DNA from: Myxococcota bacterium
Lineage (GTDB): Bacteria > Myxococcota_A > UBA796 > CAJQPC01
NCBI GenBank assembly: GCA_036229005.1
Contig: JAZAMN010000052.1
Coordinates: 128,001 to 192,000 of the forward strand
Reading direction: 5' to 3'
DNA length: 64,000 nucleotides
The position numbers and the translations under genes were made by a program. The notes below the pieces were generated by a model. That model did no database searches and had not been told where the DNA came from. It saw only the letters and a list, made by a program, of their open reading frames with translations. Positions 1 to 12,890 of the stretch are shown piece by piece. The first letter of the stretch is position 1. Every line of letters begins with the position of its first letter.

Positions 1-299
1 TCACCGACACCTGCGACACCCCCATGCGGGACAACCAGGACAAGCACGACGCCATGCAGAAGCTGTCGCCGGACGCGTGGTTCCGCTGGGCCTGCGACCG
101 CCCCGCCGACCTGGAGCGCCTGGGCATGCGCCTGGACCGCAGCCGCAGCTTCATGGACGCCCCCGCCGAGTTCGTCTCAGGCATGCCCCCCCTCTACAAG
201 TGGGTGTTCCGCCTGGCCCCCTGGCTGATCCGCAGCAAGGTCGAGGGCTACCGGATCAACCGCTTTTGCCTGCTGGGGTCACCGGCGAGCGCCGCATGA
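1..299 (+). CDS. Partial CDS (5' end outside window); possibly C-terminus of an LCM/TcmP-like SAM-dependent methyltransferase
   Basis: Frame open from window start (TDTCDTPMRDNQDKHDAM...WFRWACD), host-like codon usage; family call is recalled similarity only. Confidence 0.4.
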   Translation, partial: TDTCDTPMRDNQDKHDAMQKLSPDAWFRWACDRPADLERLGMRLDRSRSFMDAPAEFVSGMPPLYKWVFRLAPWLIRSKVEGYRINRFCLLGSPASAA

Positions 300-338
300 G
301 CCACACCGGTGGCGCTGCGCTCCGGGCTGGCCCATCCG

Positions 339-953
339 CTACTCCACATCCCAGTCCATCGACAAGCTCACGCTGCCATCACAGTCCTCGACCGCGCTGG
401 AGCAGCCCTCGCGCCACTCAAAGGGCACCTCGGGCAGGGACAGGCTGCCGCTGCCGGGGCCGGTGATCTCGACGGTGGAGTCGGCCAGCAGCTCCTCCAG
501 GCCGGCGGTGGGCAGGGCCACGCGACCGCCCCAGCGGGTCTCGTCCAGGTCGGCGTCGTCGTACTGGAGCTCCCAGGCCAGCTCGGCGCCGGCCTCGGTG
601 AAGGTCCAGACCTCGCCCTCGGGGGGCGGCGCGGACAGGCGCAGGTAGACGTCCAGCTCGGCCTCGGCCATGGGGGCGTCGTCCAGGGTGACGGGGGCGC
701 AGAAGCGCAGGGTGTAGGCGGGCCAGGCGTCCGCGCGCAGGTCCTGAACCCAGCCGGCGCTCTGGCCGGCGGCGCCGTCGCACAGCGTGCCGGTGTCCTC
801 GAACGCGGTGGCCTCGCTGAGGTCCTCGCTCCCGTCCAGGGTCCAGGTCCCCGCAGGGGCTGGGTCGTCCCCAGCGGTCAGAGCGGTGGAGAGCGATCCC
901 TGGGAGTACAGGTCTCCTCCTCCACAGGCGATCAGGCTGAGCAGCAGCGACAT
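339..953 (-). CDS. Hypothetical lipoprotein
   Basis: GAGGAG RBS then ATG at 953 giving MSLLLSLIAC lipobox; acidic mature region. Confidence 0.7.
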   Translation of the reverse strand: MSLLLSLIACGGGDLYSQGSLSTALTAGDDPAPAGTWTLDGSEDLSEATAFEDTGTLCDGAAGQSAGWVQDLRADAWPAYTLRFCAPVTLDDAPMAEAELDVYLRLSAPPPEGEVWTFTEAGAELAWELQYDDADLDETRWGGRVALPTAGLEELLADSTVEITGPGSGSLSLPEVPFEWREGCSSAVEDCDGSVSLSMDWDVE

Positions 954-1012
954 GGGGCCTCCTCGGAGCAGCACTCTATCCGGCTGCCTGGCACTGGGCG
1001 TACACTCCGGCG

Positions 1013-2830
1013 ATGTCCAAGCTCGATCCTGGCCTCGGTCGCCTCGGCAACTTCCTCTACTACGGCGGGCTGCTGCTCTTCCCGGCGGCCCTGGGCTCCG
1101 TGGTGGGCTTCTACGCGGCCGACCAGGGCGTGCACTGGCTGCCCAACTTCATCGGCGGCGTGCTCGCGCTCTCGGTGCTGTCCATGGTCATGGTCATGCT
1201 GGGCCGCTGGCTGCGCGGACGGCTCTTCTCCCTGAGCGAGAACGGGCAGGTGCTCTCCCGGCGCTTCCTGCTGGCCATGGTGCTGGCGATCCTGGGGCTG
1301 GGCATGCGCCTGTGGGTGCACCAGAGCCAGGACACGAGCCCGCTGACCGACCTGGAGAGCGCAGCCTTCGAGGAGGCCTGGCGCACCGACCTGGGCCGCT
1401 ACGAGGAGTACGAGCGCGGGATGGAGCTCACCCTGCTGGAGCTGGAAGCCCACCCCATGTTCCGAGAGGGCGACCGGGTCCTCAGCGCCGACGAAGAGGC
1501 CCTGCTGCTCCAGGCCTGGCGGCAGCTCTACGACTACAGCTTCGGCCTGGACCAGGTGCGGCAGTTCTACGAGGACTGGTACCGCTTCGACCCCAGCCGG
1601 GCCCAGCGCAGCTACCACCTGCGCAGCTTCCTGCTGATGTACCTCAGCGAGCTCGCGCTCTACGAGAAGAGCACCCGCTTTGCCCGCTTGATCCTGCAGA
1701 ACCGCGACGCCCAGCGCTACCTGGACAGCGCCCACCCCGAGCTGGGCATGGGTGAGGACAGCTTCGCCAGCTACCGCGCCCAGCTCCACGGGACCGAGCC
1801 CACCTCGCGCATCCTGGCCCTCAAGCGCTACCGCGACTTCCTGCTGGGGCCGCTGCACGCCCGCCGGGACACGGACGCAGTGGGGCTGAGCTGGACCTGG
1901 GAGCGCATCGAGGCCCACCGCGCGACCATCAACTCCGTCGCCCCTCTGCAGCGCGGCGAGCTGTCCCTGCGAGGAGACGTGCGCCTGGTCCAGCGCAAGC
2001 TGCGACACACCTGGTACCCGGCCCAGTCCGGGGTGGCCGAGTGGTTCGGGGACACCCGCCGCCGCCGCATCGGCTGGTACCTCATCACCCCCGAGCAGGT
2101 CGCCGAGATCGACCCCGAGCTCAACCCCGGCGACGTTCTGGTCAGCCGCAAGAACTGGTACCTGTCCAACGTCGGCCTGCCCGGCTTCTGGCCCCACGCG
2201 CTGATCTACCTGGGGGAGCCCGACAAGCTGGTCGCCTTCTTCGACGACCCCGAGGTCGACGCCTGGGTGCTGGAGCAGACGGGCCAGGACATCGGCTTTG
2301 ACGCCTACATGGCCCAGGCCCACCCCCAGGCCTGGCGCGCCTACGTGCTGGGCGACGGCAGCGTGCACCCCTACCGGGTGATCGAGGCCACCAGCGAGGG
2401 CATCGGCTTCTCCACCCTGGAGCACGCCGCCGGGGACTACCTGGGGGCCATGCGGCCGCGCCTGGACAAGGTCGCCCTGGCGCAGTCCGTGGACGCCGCC
2501 TTCTCCCACTACGCCAAGCCCTACGACTACGACTTCGACTTCGCCACCGACCACACCCTGGTGTGCACCGAGCTGGTCTGGCGGGCCCTGCGTCCGGGCG
2601 AGGGCAAGGACGGCGTGGACTGGGAGATGGTGCAGGTCGCCGGCCGCCGCACCCTCCCCGCGAACGACCTGGTGGCGCAGGCCGCGCAGGCCGTTGGAAC
2701 CCCCGAGCAGCAGCTCGACTTTGTGCTCTTCCTGGACGCCCGCGAGCGCCAGGACGTGGCGGTCCGCTCCACCGAGGCGGCCTTCTGGGAGAGCTGGCAG
2801 AGGGTGAAGTGGGACATGGCGCAGGAATGA
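1013..2830 (+). CDS. Membrane-anchored YiiX/YebB-like permuted papain-like (NlpC/P60, peptidase C92) hydrolase
   Basis: Three N-terminal TM helices; PGDVLVSR...GFWPHALIY His motif precedes YDYDFDF...LVCTELVW Cys motif (permuted order). Confidence 0.8.
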   Translation: MSKLDPGLGRLGNFLYYGGLLLFPAALGSVVGFYAADQGVHWLPNFIGGVLALSVLSMVMVMLGRWLRGRLFSLSENGQVLSRRFLLAMVLAILGLGMRLWVHQSQDTSPLTDLESAAFEEAWRTDLGRYEEYERGMELTLLELEAHPMFREGDRVLSADEEALLLQAWRQLYDYSFGLDQVRQFYEDWYRFDPSRAQRSYHLRSFLLMYLSELALYEKSTRFARLILQNRDAQRYLDSAHPELGMGEDSFASYRAQLHGTEPTSRILALKRYRDFLLGPLHARRDTDAVGLSWTWERIEAHRATINSVAPLQRGELSLRGDVRLVQRKLRHTWYPAQSGVAEWFGDTRRRRIGWYLITPEQVAEIDPELNPGDVLVSRKNWYLSNVGLPGFWPHALIYLGEPDKLVAFFDDPEVDAWVLEQTGQDIGFDAYMAQAHPQAWRAYVLGDGSVHPYRVIEATSEGIGFSTLEHAAGDYLGAMRPRLDKVALAQSVDAAFSHYAKPYDYDFDFATDHTLVCTELVWRALRPGEGKDGVDWEMVQVAGRRTLPANDLVAQAAQAVGTPEQQLDFVLFLDARERQDVAVRSTEAAFWESWQRVKWDMAQE

Positions 2831-2981
2831 TCCCGGCCCCACCACGATACACCCATCCACCCGAAACCATTAACAAAACCAGAACCCAAACGAGGTCACG
2901 CGGGTTCAGAGAATCGTGAGGTGCTCGCCCGTACCTTGTTCATGCACCCCGCGGTGGGGTGCGGTCCATCAGGAGTCCGAC

Positions 2982-3254
2982 ATGAACAAGCGCATCCCCC
3001 TCTTTGCCCTGATCCTGGGAGCCGCCGGCGCGGCCTCCGTCGCCATGGCCCAGGACGCGCCCCCCGAGCGCCGCGGCCCGCCCCCGGAGGCCCTGGAGGC
3101 CTGCGCGGAGCTCAGCGCGGGCGACGCCTGCACGGTCGACGGCCCCCGCGGCACCGCCGAGGGCACCTGCGAGGCGCCCCCCGACCGCAGCGACGCCGAG
3201 CTGGCCTGCCGCCCCGACGACATGGGTCCTCCCCCCGAACATCCCGAGGAGTAG
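2982..3254 (+). CDS. Small secreted Pro/Cys-rich protein
   Basis: AGGAG RBS, signal peptide MNKRIPLFALILGAAGAASVAMA, RGPPPEALEAC motif and four Cys. Confidence 0.75.
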   Translation: MNKRIPLFALILGAAGAASVAMAQDAPPERRGPPPEALEACAELSAGDACTVDGPRGTAEGTCEAPPDRSDAELACRPDDMGPPPEHPEE

Positions 3255-3297
3255 CGGCCCGCATCCATGGCGTATCCTCTGCCTCTGGAGGACGGAT

Positions 3298-5184
3298 ATG
3301 GGCGATCGACAGACGTGGCAGCAGGATCCCGAGGCCTTCTGGGCCGCACAGGCCGAGAAGGTCCCCTGGATCCGCAAGCCGGAGCACACTCTGGAGACCC
3401 GCGAGGACGGGTCCTGGACCTGGTTCCCCGGCGGCGAGCTGAACACCTGCGCCCTGGCCCTGGACCGCTGGGTCGCGGAGGGCCGCGGGGAGCAGCTCGC
3501 GCTGATCTACGACTCCCCCGTGACCGGCCGCAAGCAGAGCTGGACCTACAGCCAGCTCACCGCCGAGGTCGCCCGCCTGGCCGGAGCGCTCAAGAGCCTG
3601 GGCGTCGTCAAGGGCGACCGGGTGGTGCTCTACATGCCGATGGTGCCCCAGGCCGCGATGGCGATGCTGGCCTGCGCGCGCCTGGGCGCCATCCACAGCG
3701 TGGTGTTCGGCGGCTTCGCGCCCCCGGAGCTGGCCGCGCGCATCGACGACGCCCAGCCCAAGCTGCTGCTCACCGCGAGCTGCGGCATCGAGGGCGCGCG
3801 GGTGATCCCCTACATGCCCCTGGTCCGCCAGGCGCTGACCCTGAGCCAGCACAGCCCTGAGCGGGTCGTGGTGCTGGAGCGGGAGCAGGCGCCCGTGGGC
3901 CTGGAGGAGCACGAGCTGGACTGGAACACCCTGGTCGAGGTCGCCCAGCCCGCAGACCCGGTCCCCGTGCGCAGCGAGGACCCGCTCTACATCCTCTACA
4001 CCTCCGGCACGACCGGGCGCCCCAAGGGCGTGGTGCGCGACAACGGCGGCCACGCGGTGGCCCTGCGCTACAGCATGGAGGCCGTCTACGACATCCAGCC
4101 CGGCGAGGTCTTCTGGGCGGCCTCGGACGTGGGCTGGGTGGTGGGCCACTCCTACATCGTCTACGCGTCCCTGCTGATGGGCTGCACCACCGTGTTCTAC
4201 GAAGGAAAGCCGGTGCGCACCCCCGACGCGGGCGCCTTCTGGCGCGTGCTGGAGGAGCACCAGGTCTCGGTGTTCTTCACCGCCCCCACGGCCTTCCGCG
4301 CCATCCGCAAGGAGGACCCCGAGGGCGCCGGCCTGCAGGGCCGCGACCTGTCCAAGCTGCGGTCCATCTTTGTGGCCGGGGAGCGCCTGGATCCGCCCAC
4401 CCTGGCCTGGCTCAAGGGGCTCACCGGCAAGCCCGTGCTGGACCACTGGTGGCAGACCGAGACCGGCTGGCCCATGGTCGCCAACGACCGCGGCCTGGAC
4501 GCGCTGCCGGTCAAGTCGGGCTCCGCGGGGCTCCCGGTCCCCGGCTACGAGGTCCTGGCCCTGGGCGAGGACAGCCAGCCCGTCCCCGCCGGCGAGGTCG
4601 GCGACATCGTGGTGCGTACCCCGCTGCCCCCCGGCTGCTTCAACACCCTCTGGCGGGACCACGAGCGCTTTCTGGACAGCTACCTGCGGCCGCAGCCGGG
4701 CTTCTACCAGACCAGCGACGGCGGCTACATCGACGCCGATGGCTACGTGTTCGTCCTGGGCCGCACCGACGACGTGATCAACGTGGCCGGCCACCGCCTG
4801 TCCACCGGCGAGATGGAGGCCGTGGTGGCCAAGCACCCCGCCGTGGCCGAGTGCGCGGTGGTGGGCATCCACGACGAGCTGCGCGGCCAGGTGCCCATCG
4901 GCTTTTTGGTGCTGGGCGACGGCGTGCGCGTGGACCCCGCCGCCCTGGAGAAGGAGCTGGTGGCCTCGGTGCGCGCGGACATCGGCCCCATCGCGGTGTT
5001 CAAGAAGACCATCGTGGTGGGCCGCCTGCCCAAGACCCGCTCGGGCAAGATCCTGCGCCGCACCCTGCGCAAGCTGGCCACGGAGAGCGACGTGGCTGTG
5101 CCCGCGACCATCGACGACCCCAACATCCTGCTGGAGGTCACCGCCGCCCTGCGCGCCCGCGGTGTGGGCCGCTTCGGCCCCTGA
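3298..5184 (+). CDS. prpE: Propionyl-CoA synthetase (acyl-CoA synthetase, AMP-forming)
   Basis: YILYTSGTTGRPKG AMP-binding motif, DHWWQTETG, GRTDDVINVAGHRLSTGEME, LPKTRSGKILR; VVRDNGGHAVAL is typical of PrpE. Confidence 0.9.
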   Translation: MGDRQTWQQDPEAFWAAQAEKVPWIRKPEHTLETREDGSWTWFPGGELNTCALALDRWVAEGRGEQLALIYDSPVTGRKQSWTYSQLTAEVARLAGALKSLGVVKGDRVVLYMPMVPQAAMAMLACARLGAIHSVVFGGFAPPELAARIDDAQPKLLLTASCGIEGARVIPYMPLVRQALTLSQHSPERVVVLEREQAPVGLEEHELDWNTLVEVAQPADPVPVRSEDPLYILYTSGTTGRPKGVVRDNGGHAVALRYSMEAVYDIQPGEVFWAASDVGWVVGHSYIVYASLLMGCTTVFYEGKPVRTPDAGAFWRVLEEHQVSVFFTAPTAFRAIRKEDPEGAGLQGRDLSKLRSIFVAGERLDPPTLAWLKGLTGKPVLDHWWQTETGWPMVANDRGLDALPVKSGSAGLPVPGYEVLALGEDSQPVPAGEVGDIVVRTPLPPGCFNTLWRDHERFLDSYLRPQPGFYQTSDGGYIDADGYVFVLGRTDDVINVAGHRLSTGEMEAVVAKHPAVAECAVVGIHDELRGQVPIGFLVLGDGVRVDPAALEKELVASVRADIGPIAVFKKTIVVGRLPKTRSGKILRRTLRKLATESDVAVPATIDDPNILLEVTAALRARGVGRFGP

Positions 5185-5301
5185 GGCGCCGCGTCGCGGT
5201 TTGACGCAGCCTGTCCTCGCTGGTGGGCAAGGTGTTGAGATCCTTGGAGGGCCAAGTTGGCACGGAGGTTGAACCCTGGTCTGCAGAGACCGGAGTTCCC
5301 C

Positions 5302-5976
5302 TTGCTTCTTCCCCTGCTGACTGCCGCTGCGCTGAGCACCCCGGCCCAGGCCTCCGAGGCCCCCACAGAGCAGCAGGCGCCGCCTCCCAGCGCGAGCGCC
5401 CCAGACCGCGAGCTGCTGGCCCCCCGCGAAGACGCGCTCCGCCCCGACTGGGTGCGGGACGAGATGCTCCACGTCGGGGAGAGCCTGGATGGCGATCTGG
5501 TCATCTACCGCACAGGCCAGCCTCTGACGCCGGTGGAGGTCGCGTGGATCCTGGGTGACTACGGCGCGGTCGCGGCCTACGGGCTGGGCACGGGCTTGAG
5601 CCTTGGGGTGGGTGCGGTCGGCGCGGTCGGCGCTCTCGGCGGCTTCGCGTTCGGCACCCTGGGTGCGTTCAGCCTGGCGCTGGAGCTGACCTTTGGCACC
5701 TCGCAGGTCCTCAATCCGGGGGGGCCGGACATCTGGCCCGCGGTCAAGCTCATGGCCGCCAGCGGCGGGGTGATGCTCGCCGGCTCCGCGCTCTTCGTCG
5801 GGGCCATCGGCGGCTTCCAGCTCTACACCTCCAAGCAGAAGAAATGGATGAACGCCGAGGACGCCCAGGACCGGGTGGACCTCTACAACCAGGACCTCTG
5901 GCTGGAGCGGGCGCCCGCTCTGGAGGTCTCCGTCGCCCTCAACCCCGGCGGGCTCAGCCTCGTCGGGCGCTTCTGA
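5302..5976 (+). CDS. Hypothetical exported/membrane protein with C-terminal beta-strand ending GRF
   Basis: GGAG RBS then TTG at 5302; signal peptide ending PAQA; Gly-rich hydrophobic helices; ends LSLVGRF. Confidence 0.65.
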   Translation: MLLPLLTAAALSTPAQASEAPTEQQAPPPSASAPDRELLAPREDALRPDWVRDEMLHVGESLDGDLVIYRTGQPLTPVEVAWILGDYGAVAAYGLGTGLSLGVGAVGAVGALGGFAFGTLGAFSLALELTFGTSQVLNPGGPDIWPAVKLMAASGGVMLAGSALFVGAIGGFQLYTSKQKKWMNAEDAQDRVDLYNQDLWLERAPALEVSVALNPGGLSLVGRF

Positions 5977-6043
5977 GGAGGACCGGATGCTGCTCTCCCT
6001 GTTGACCGCCCTGAGCACCCCGGCCCAGGCCTCCGAGGCCCCC
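5332..6043 (+). repeat. Exact 33-nt direct repeat (5332-5364 and 6011-6043) encoding LSTPAQASEAP in two adjacent genes
   Basis: CTGAGCACCCCGGCCCAGGCCTCCGAGGCCCCC read at both positions. Confidence 0.9.
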
Positions 6044-6976
6044 GCGCCGTCAGCTCCCACCGTCACCGCGCCTGCGCATACCGAGGCCCAGCCCTGGACC
6101 CTGGAGTGGACGCCCCAGCGCTACATGCCCATCGAGATCGGCCCCAACACGAACTCGCACGCGAGCTTGCTGCTGGAGCAGGCCTGGTGGTGGACGGGGC
6201 TCACCTTGGGCATGAGCCTGGCGACGCCGGTGATCCTGAGCGGGCGCAGCGGCATCAACGGCCAACCCCTGGACGGCGCCGCGGAGCTGCTCTCGGGCGG
6301 CGCGATGCTGGCCACCGTCCCCGCATCGGCGGTCGGGAGCTTCCTGTGCCTCTACGCTGCCCAGAAGGCCCCCGGACGACGCCAACCCTACCTGGGGGCC
6401 GCCTCTCTGGGCATGTGGGCCGCGGGCATGTCGGTGCTCTGGGGGGGCGAGCTGGACTCCCTGCTGGGCTGGTCCCTGATCGCCGCTTCCCCGGCGCTGG
6501 CGTTCGCCGAGGCCAACCTCTCCCTGGTCCGCACCCACGAGCGGGGAAGCGGGGCTGGAGCGGCCCTGACGCTGCGCTTGGCTCAGGGGCTCACCGTCCT
6601 GGCGGCTGGGAGCACGGCCCTGTTGTGGGCAGGCTATGGCGCCAGCGAGGTGAACGTTCTGCTGGGCGGAGTGGCCGCCTCCTTCGCGCTGCCCGTGCTG
6701 GCGAGCTCGGCGTTCACCGCGAACCTGCTGCTGCTCGGCCACAGCAGCGCGGCCGGAGAGCCCCTGCTGCTGGGCGTGATGGGCATGGCGCTGGCGGTCG
6801 TGGGCACCGCCCAGATGTACGGCAGCGAGGGCAGCGACTGGCTGACCGGCGCCGGCATGCTGACCCTGGCGCCGGTGCTCGCGGGCGCACAGTGGGCGCG
6901 GATCGGTCAGGACACCCAGCTTGCCTTCGGGCCGGCTGAGGGGGGCGGGGTGGTGGGGGTGAGCGGGCGATTCTGA
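5987..6976 (+). CDS. Hypothetical multi-helix membrane protein with C-terminal beta-strand ending GRF
   Basis: GAGGAG RBS; same signal region as the upstream gene; many hydrophobic segments; ends VVGVSGRF. Confidence 0.65.
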   Translation: MLLSLLTALSTPAQASEAPAPSAPTVTAPAHTEAQPWTLEWTPQRYMPIEIGPNTNSHASLLLEQAWWWTGLTLGMSLATPVILSGRSGINGQPLDGAAELLSGGAMLATVPASAVGSFLCLYAAQKAPGRRQPYLGAASLGMWAAGMSVLWGGELDSLLGWSLIAASPALAFAEANLSLVRTHERGSGAGAALTLRLAQGLTVLAAGSTALLWAGYGASEVNVLLGGVAASFALPVLASSAFTANLLLLGHSSAAGEPLLLGVMGMALAVVGTAQMYGSEGSDWLTGAGMLTLAPVLAGAQWARIGQDTQLAFGPAEGGGVVGVSGRF

Positions 6977-7069
6977 GGGGTGGATCAACGCGCGCGGGTG
7001 CCCACGTTCGACTTCCGGCGCGATCTGGCCTCTCCTGAGCTACCTTGACCGGGTGCCGGGAGCCACGAC

Positions 7070-8902
<1,833 letters not shown>

Positions 8903-8932
8903 GCGCCGCAGCAGCGCTGAAGGGCCGCCGGG

Positions 8933-10651
<1,719 letters not shown>

Positions 10652-10688
10652 CCCCGAAGGGTAACGACGCAAGCGGCGGATGTCCCCC

Positions 10689-12284
10689 TCAGGGGCTCTG
10701 GGGCCCCCAAAGCGCAGAGGGGGTGATTCGCCAGATCACCTGTCCATCCACGATGGGGAGCGTGGCGGTCACAGGCGGCGACCAGGCGTCCCGGGCCAGC
10801 TCCAGCTCCAGGCTCTGGACCCCCGCCTGGAGGGCCGGAAGGACGGCATAGTGGGCCTCGTCCAGCACTGCGACGCCGGCTTGAGGGGAGCGAACCACAG
10901 CGCCGGCCAAGTCGGCGGGGCCCTCCACCCAGACCTCCACGCTGCGAGACTCCGGGTGCAGATCGCCGAGCTCCAGGCGCTCCCCAGGCTGCAGCTCCAA
11001 GGCCAGGTTCAAGGTCTGTCGCTCGCCAGCAGCGGAGATCACCACGCTGACCTGCTCGGCGTGGGCCTCGACGTGGACCTGCCCGTCCTGGCTGCACCAA
11101 GCCCGGCCCAATGTCCCCCCGGTGTAGAGGTAGGCGGTGCAGGGGACCTCCCCTTTCCACTGACCCACCGCGCTGGCTGCTCGCGGGTCGATCAGCAGGG
11201 TGTCCTGGCCGGGGGAGAGGGGCCAAGCTCTGGAAGCGGCATCCAGCAGCCCGCTGATCTGCGTCGCGCCAGCCGGACACCGGCACGCATAGGTCTCGGG
11301 GCCCCCCGTGCAAGGGGTCTGGGCGCAGCTGAGCTGCTCCAGAGAGGCATCTTGCAGCAGCACCACCTGGACAGGCCGGCCGGGGTCCGCGAGCAGCTCG
11401 GTGACGCCACCCGCGATGCGCACCCGCCTGGAGTAGCGGAGCCCCTGGTAGGCGACATCCACGCGGGTCCAGCTTCGGCGCGAGGACAGGCGCACCCGCC
11501 CCGGCCCCAGCACCTGGGTTTCCAGACAGCGGTGGGCGCAGTCGATGCTGCCGGCGACGGGGTCTCCTTTGGAGTCCACGAGCTGCAGGATCTCTGTGGC
11601 CGGCTCGGGGACCACCACACGCAGGTCCTGGTCGTCGTGGACATAGAAGACACCCAGGGGGGCGCCCCCCTCCCCGGCGCTCAGCCGCACCTCGCCGCAG
11701 GGTCGATCGGCCAAGAAGCCGTCGGCATCAGGGTGCTGGGAGATGTGCCCACCCGTGATGGAGCGCAGCATGAACGGCAGCTCCACCTCCTGTCCGTGGG
11801 TGTCGACCAGGACGACCCTCCCCGGGCAGGCGCGCTCGACCACCAACTGCGCCCGTGTGCGCCCCAACCCCACCTCCACCTGACTGCCGGAGGCCGCGAT
11901 GAAGGGCGGCTCCGGCTCCACGAACACCAGGCCCGGGCCGCTCGTGAAGCGCCACCGCCCCTGCTCGTCTGTGGCCCCCTCCGCGGGGGTCGGCCGCGCG
12001 CGCTCGTCCTCCCAGTAGGGGCGTACGCGGAGGGAGACGCCGGGCTGGGGCGCGCCGGTGGAGTCGACGACCTGGACGGTGACGGCGCCACGCCAGGAGG
12101 CGAGCCTGGCCAGCGCCGCGACGGGCTCGAAGCTCCGGGGCGCGCCGGGCAAGGGCGCCAGGGTGTCCTCGCTGGTGGGAGCAGTTGGCGGGCCGTCACG
12201 TCCCGAGACCCAAGCCAAGAGGGTGAGCCCCAGCAGCAGCAGGGCCCCGATCCACCTCGCCCAAGCTCTTTGCTGCGTACCCAT
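10689..12284 (-). CDS. Hypothetical N-terminally anchored protein with carboxypeptidase-regulatory-like beta-sandwich repeats
   Basis: One TM helix then VQVVDSTGAPQPGV...TDEQGRWRF and related V/LVD..G.P repeats. Confidence 0.6.
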   Translation of the reverse strand: MGTQQRAWARWIGALLLLGLTLLAWVSGRDGPPTAPTSEDTLAPLPGAPRSFEPVAALARLASWRGAVTVQVVDSTGAPQPGVSLRVRPYWEDERARPTPAEGATDEQGRWRFTSGPGLVFVEPEPPFIAASGSQVEVGLGRTRAQLVVERACPGRVVLVDTHGQEVELPFMLRSITGGHISQHPDADGFLADRPCGEVRLSAGEGGAPLGVFYVHDDQDLRVVVPEPATEILQLVDSKGDPVAGSIDCAHRCLETQVLGPGRVRLSSRRSWTRVDVAYQGLRYSRRVRIAGGVTELLADPGRPVQVVLLQDASLEQLSCAQTPCTGGPETYACRCPAGATQISGLLDAASRAWPLSPGQDTLLIDPRAASAVGQWKGEVPCTAYLYTGGTLGRAWCSQDGQVHVEAHAEQVSVVISAAGERQTLNLALELQPGERLELGDLHPESRSVEVWVEGPADLAGAVVRSPQAGVAVLDEAHYAVLPALQAGVQSLELELARDAWSPPVTATLPIVDGQVIWRITPSALWGPQSP

Positions 12285-12320
12285 GGTCGATCCCGGCAGG
12301 GTCGGCAGGAGGCTACCAGC

Positions 12321-12845
12321 TCAGATGGCCGCCCCCGCCCGCAGCCCCACCCGCAGGCTCCCGGACAGACTGTGTGGCCAAGGCCACGCGGACACCAGCG
12401 ACTCCACGCAGCGGGCGCGCTCGGGATCGGGGTGCACCACCGAGGCCTCCCCCTGCGCCAGGTCCACCTGCAGCCAGTCCACCGCCCCCTGGTCCGCGCT
12501 GTCGTAGCAGGCGGAGAGCCGGTGGGCGTAGCGCTCGACCATATAGGTGGCCACGGCCATGTCCCCCAGCCCCAGGTACTCCAGGTCCTGGACGTGCACG
12601 CGCGTAGGCGGCGGCTGCCAGTCCCCGGTGTCGATGGCCTCCGGGTCCAGGGCCTGCGCGTCCACCCCGAAGGCCAGGCGGGTGACGTGGTCGGGGAGCT
12701 GCTGGATCGCGATCTCCTCGGTGGGCGCGCGCATCCATGCGGCCAGCCCCAACGCCAGGCCCATGGCCGCACAGAAGGCCAGGAAGGCGAAGAAGACCTG
12801 GGACTGCTGCTGCTCCAATGCGCACCTCTGCACCTCTGCAGACAC
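12321..12845 (-). CDS. Hypothetical membrane protein, possible AgmX/PglI-like C-terminal domain
   Basis: TM helix followed by RLSACY...RCVESLVSAWPWP pattern; start uncertain. Confidence 0.45.
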   Translation of the reverse strand: MSAEVQRCALEQQQSQVFFAFLAFCAAMGLALGLAAWMRAPTEEIAIQQLPDHVTRLAFGVDAQALDPEAIDTGDWQPPPTRVHVQDLEYLGLGDMAVATYMVERYAHRLSACYDSADQGAVDWLQVDLAQGEASVVHPDPERARCVESLVSAWPWPHSLSGSLRVGLRAGAAI

Positions 12846-12890
12846 CGCGCCCTTCAGGGGGTTCCCGCTTTCGACGAGGACAGGCTGGGC

